Assembly: GCA_001643675.2 (NCBI GenBank) | Contig: LSRY02000062.1 | Coordinates: 124,001-188,000 of the forward strand | DNA: 64,000 bases | Direction: 5' to 3' | Source: Monocercomonoides exilis PA203 | Lineage: Eukaryota > Protista > Preaxostyla | Shown here: one piece after another, positions 61,839-64,000 of the stretch | How positions within the stretch are numbered: position 1 is the first letter of the stretch | Layout of the letters: every line of letters starts with the position of its first letter | Notes under the pieces: generated by a model | The model's database searches: none | What the model saw: only the letters and a program-made list of their open reading frames with translations | Told to the model about the DNA's origin: nothing | Position numbers and translations under genes: made by a program

Positions 61839-63523
61839 TTAGCCTTCTCCATCTTCCATTTCATTCTCGTCCAATTCATCAATAACAACATCATCATCTG
61901 CGCCTTGATTTGTCTTCCCGCTCTCATCAACTCCTTTATGACCAAGAAGAGCAGATCCTGTTGCTCCTTTGCCATCTTCGAGCAAATGCTCTGCGTTTTC
62001 TGCTGAAAGTCCAACATTGAAATTCACGACTCTTGGAATAAGTGTCTTTGGATCAACAATAATAAGATCCCCAGTTTTAGAAAATGAGGGAACAAGAAGA
62101 AGCAAGCAACGGAGATCGCCTTCTGTTGAACACGAAGAATGAAAATATAAAAATAAAATAAAATCTGCAAATGTTCACACCTTCCACTATCTTCCACTCA
62201 AATTGCTTCATTCCTCCTGCAAACAGAATTGAAGGTGTTTCATCGAGGATGAATGGGTCAGTATCGCTGAAGGGGTATACTCCAGTGATGTCTGGTGCTG
62301 ATGGGCAGATGTGATTCCATCGGAGCAGCTTTTCGAGTGCATCAAGTGGAGAAAGTGTTGTGAAACGGGTGATGTCATTTAGATTCTGCCCTGAAGTGCC
62401 AATCACACTTTTTGATATTATTTATGAGAAGAAATTTCAGTACAGTGTTCGGGAGTAAATAATATAAATAAATTAAATTAAAGAGTTAATAAGCGGGTAA
62501 ATGAGATAAGATATAAATGAATGAATGAATGAAAAGTTAATAATAAATTGCATACAGCATGTTATTCACTCTTTCTCGATGAGGATTTGTAGCTGGAATA
62601 AAAGTTGACATTTTGAATGATTGAGGAAGAAGAAGATGGTGAAATGGCTGCTGTGGAAGAAAATGATTTGAAGGGTCTTTGCCTCCGGGAATCAAGGCCA
62701 CGGTCATAGATTCACAGAGACGTGATACGACTTCGTCCAGTTCCTGCGTTGGACTGACTATCTTCTGTGGTGCATAAGCACTGAATTCTTTAAACTGCCG
62801 TTCAATTGGACGAGTTGGTGTCAAAGAACTACCACTAATAACAAGATGAATGTTTGTATTGGAAGACGATGATGATGAAGAAGATTCAAGTCCCGCATTT
62901 AATGAGGACAAGTAGTCAGTCGCAAGCTCCAAGCGAAGAGGATCGTGATCAGTTGATCCAATTCGAAGATCTGAGAGAAATGCAATGGAAAATGCTGACG
63001 ATGACATAGCAACTTTTTTTTGAGGTGGAAGTTGAAGTGTGGTAACATCTTCAACTGTAAGCTTTCCTGCTTCTTCAACATGTCCTTTCACAGCCAAAGG
63101 AACTCCCGTCACATATAAATCTGGCGATATATTTCCAATTAATTGCACTCTTGAATGACTATCTTCAAGGAATATGGTATCTTCTGGATCAATGTATTTG
63201 CAATCATCTTTATACAGAGTAGTTAAAGAACGATCCTTTTGAAATTGTTTAATAACGTTTGGCCTTTTTTTGCTTTCTTTAAATACAAGACCGCAAACGC
63301 TTATTGTTAGCGTAGGATCTGTGGTTAAAAGCAAAAGTTGATCTTTGAAAGTTGTATCGGGCCATTTTCTTCGAATCGCTTGTTTAAGTAAAGGTAATGT
63401 AATCGCCTCTCTTTGCGAATATATAGAATCAAATTGATGTGAAAATTCTGGTTTTTTAACGAAGTATTCAGAATCCTCATTTAAAACGCAAACAGTTGGC
63501 TCGCTTTTATTTGTATTTGACAT
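61839..63523 (-). CDS. POLD2: DNA polymerase delta small (B) subunit, multi-exon
   Basis: QFDSIYSQR; IFLEDSHSRVQL; VTGVPLAVKG; PGGKDPSNHFLPQQPFH; ATNPH; GTSGQNLNDI; HICPSAPD..VYPFSDTDPFIL; LVPSFSKTG. Confidence 0.95.
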
Positions 63524-64000
63524 TTTTTAATATCAAAAAATTATAAAATGGGGCATTGCATTCGAATTTTTTTATTCGAATTCTATGAATAAGCTTGAAT
63601 ATAACCAATAAAAATGAAAACAATAGTTCTTTTAATGACACCATAATAATTTCAATGTCAATCATAAAATGGTCATTTGATGTTTGTGTGCAGTCATTGA
63701 AATTCAATACATCATTATCGGAATTTGAAAATCCATTCATTATATTTAGGTATGGACATGAACTTTCTTTAATATTTTTTGCTTTATGAAACGTCATAAT
63801 TAGATTTTCAAATTTACCTTCTGTAGCAATAAAAGTTCGAGAGAGAAATGGTAAATTAATTCCAGATGCTGTGGCAGGAGCATTTTCCGCAACTGATAGT
63901 TTGAATAGCGTTTTGTTTTAATAATAAAAATGTTAAGCAAAATTATCTTTCAGAAACAGTTGAATCAATGGCAAAAGATCGAGTTAGACTTCTCATTGTT
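63507..64000 (-). CDS. Probable 3' exons of an unidentified gene truncated by the window edge
   Basis: An exon-like segment at ~63895-63818 ends in AAG|GTAAAT and is followed by an open frame. No recognisable motif. Confidence 0.3.

Noticed and set aside
1-64000. Alternative genetic code (TAA/TAG reassigned) or prokaryotic origin
   Set aside because: Conserved genes end at TAA, TAG or TGA at the expected positions. Interruptions are explained by GT-AG introns, and the genes are eukaryote-specific.

Overview
This is intron-rich eukaryotic nuclear DNA with AT-rich intergenic regions and the standard genetic code. Short GT-AG introns, poly-Ser/poly-Glu expansions and the gene style suggest an anaerobic flagellate, possibly an oxymonad such as Monocercomonoides (inference, not verified). 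The left end holds a complete ~4.8-kb DIRS1-type tyrosine-recombinase retrotransposon (993-5814, minus strand). It has gag, RT-RNaseH-methyltransferase and YR ORFs, short 63-bp ITRs and an internal complementary region (ICR) that defines the termini exactly. Removing the element in silico restores a 50-bp palindrome (24-bp perfect arms, 2-bp spacer), so it inserted almost at the centre of a palindrome. Its circle junction is also a long hairpin. The YR has a non-canonical catalytic motif (YxxK for HxxR), and gag and RT can be joined by a canonical -1 slippery heptamer. The rest of the window is host genes: MFS sugar porter, filamin-HECT E3 ligase, a cathepsin-B-like protein lacking its catalytic residues, a NOXRED1-like protein split by a ~900-aa insertion, WASP-like protein, RPL18A, RNA Pol I largest subunit (NADYDGD variant), a prominin-like five-TM protein, a ~6,900-aa NAK-type pseudokinase carrying a Nup98-type GLEBS motif, dynein roadblock, importin-alpha-like, a bromodomain-ET protein and POLD2. 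I saw no rRNA, tRNA or CRISPR array. Intron boundaries were read by eye and are approximate unless stated.
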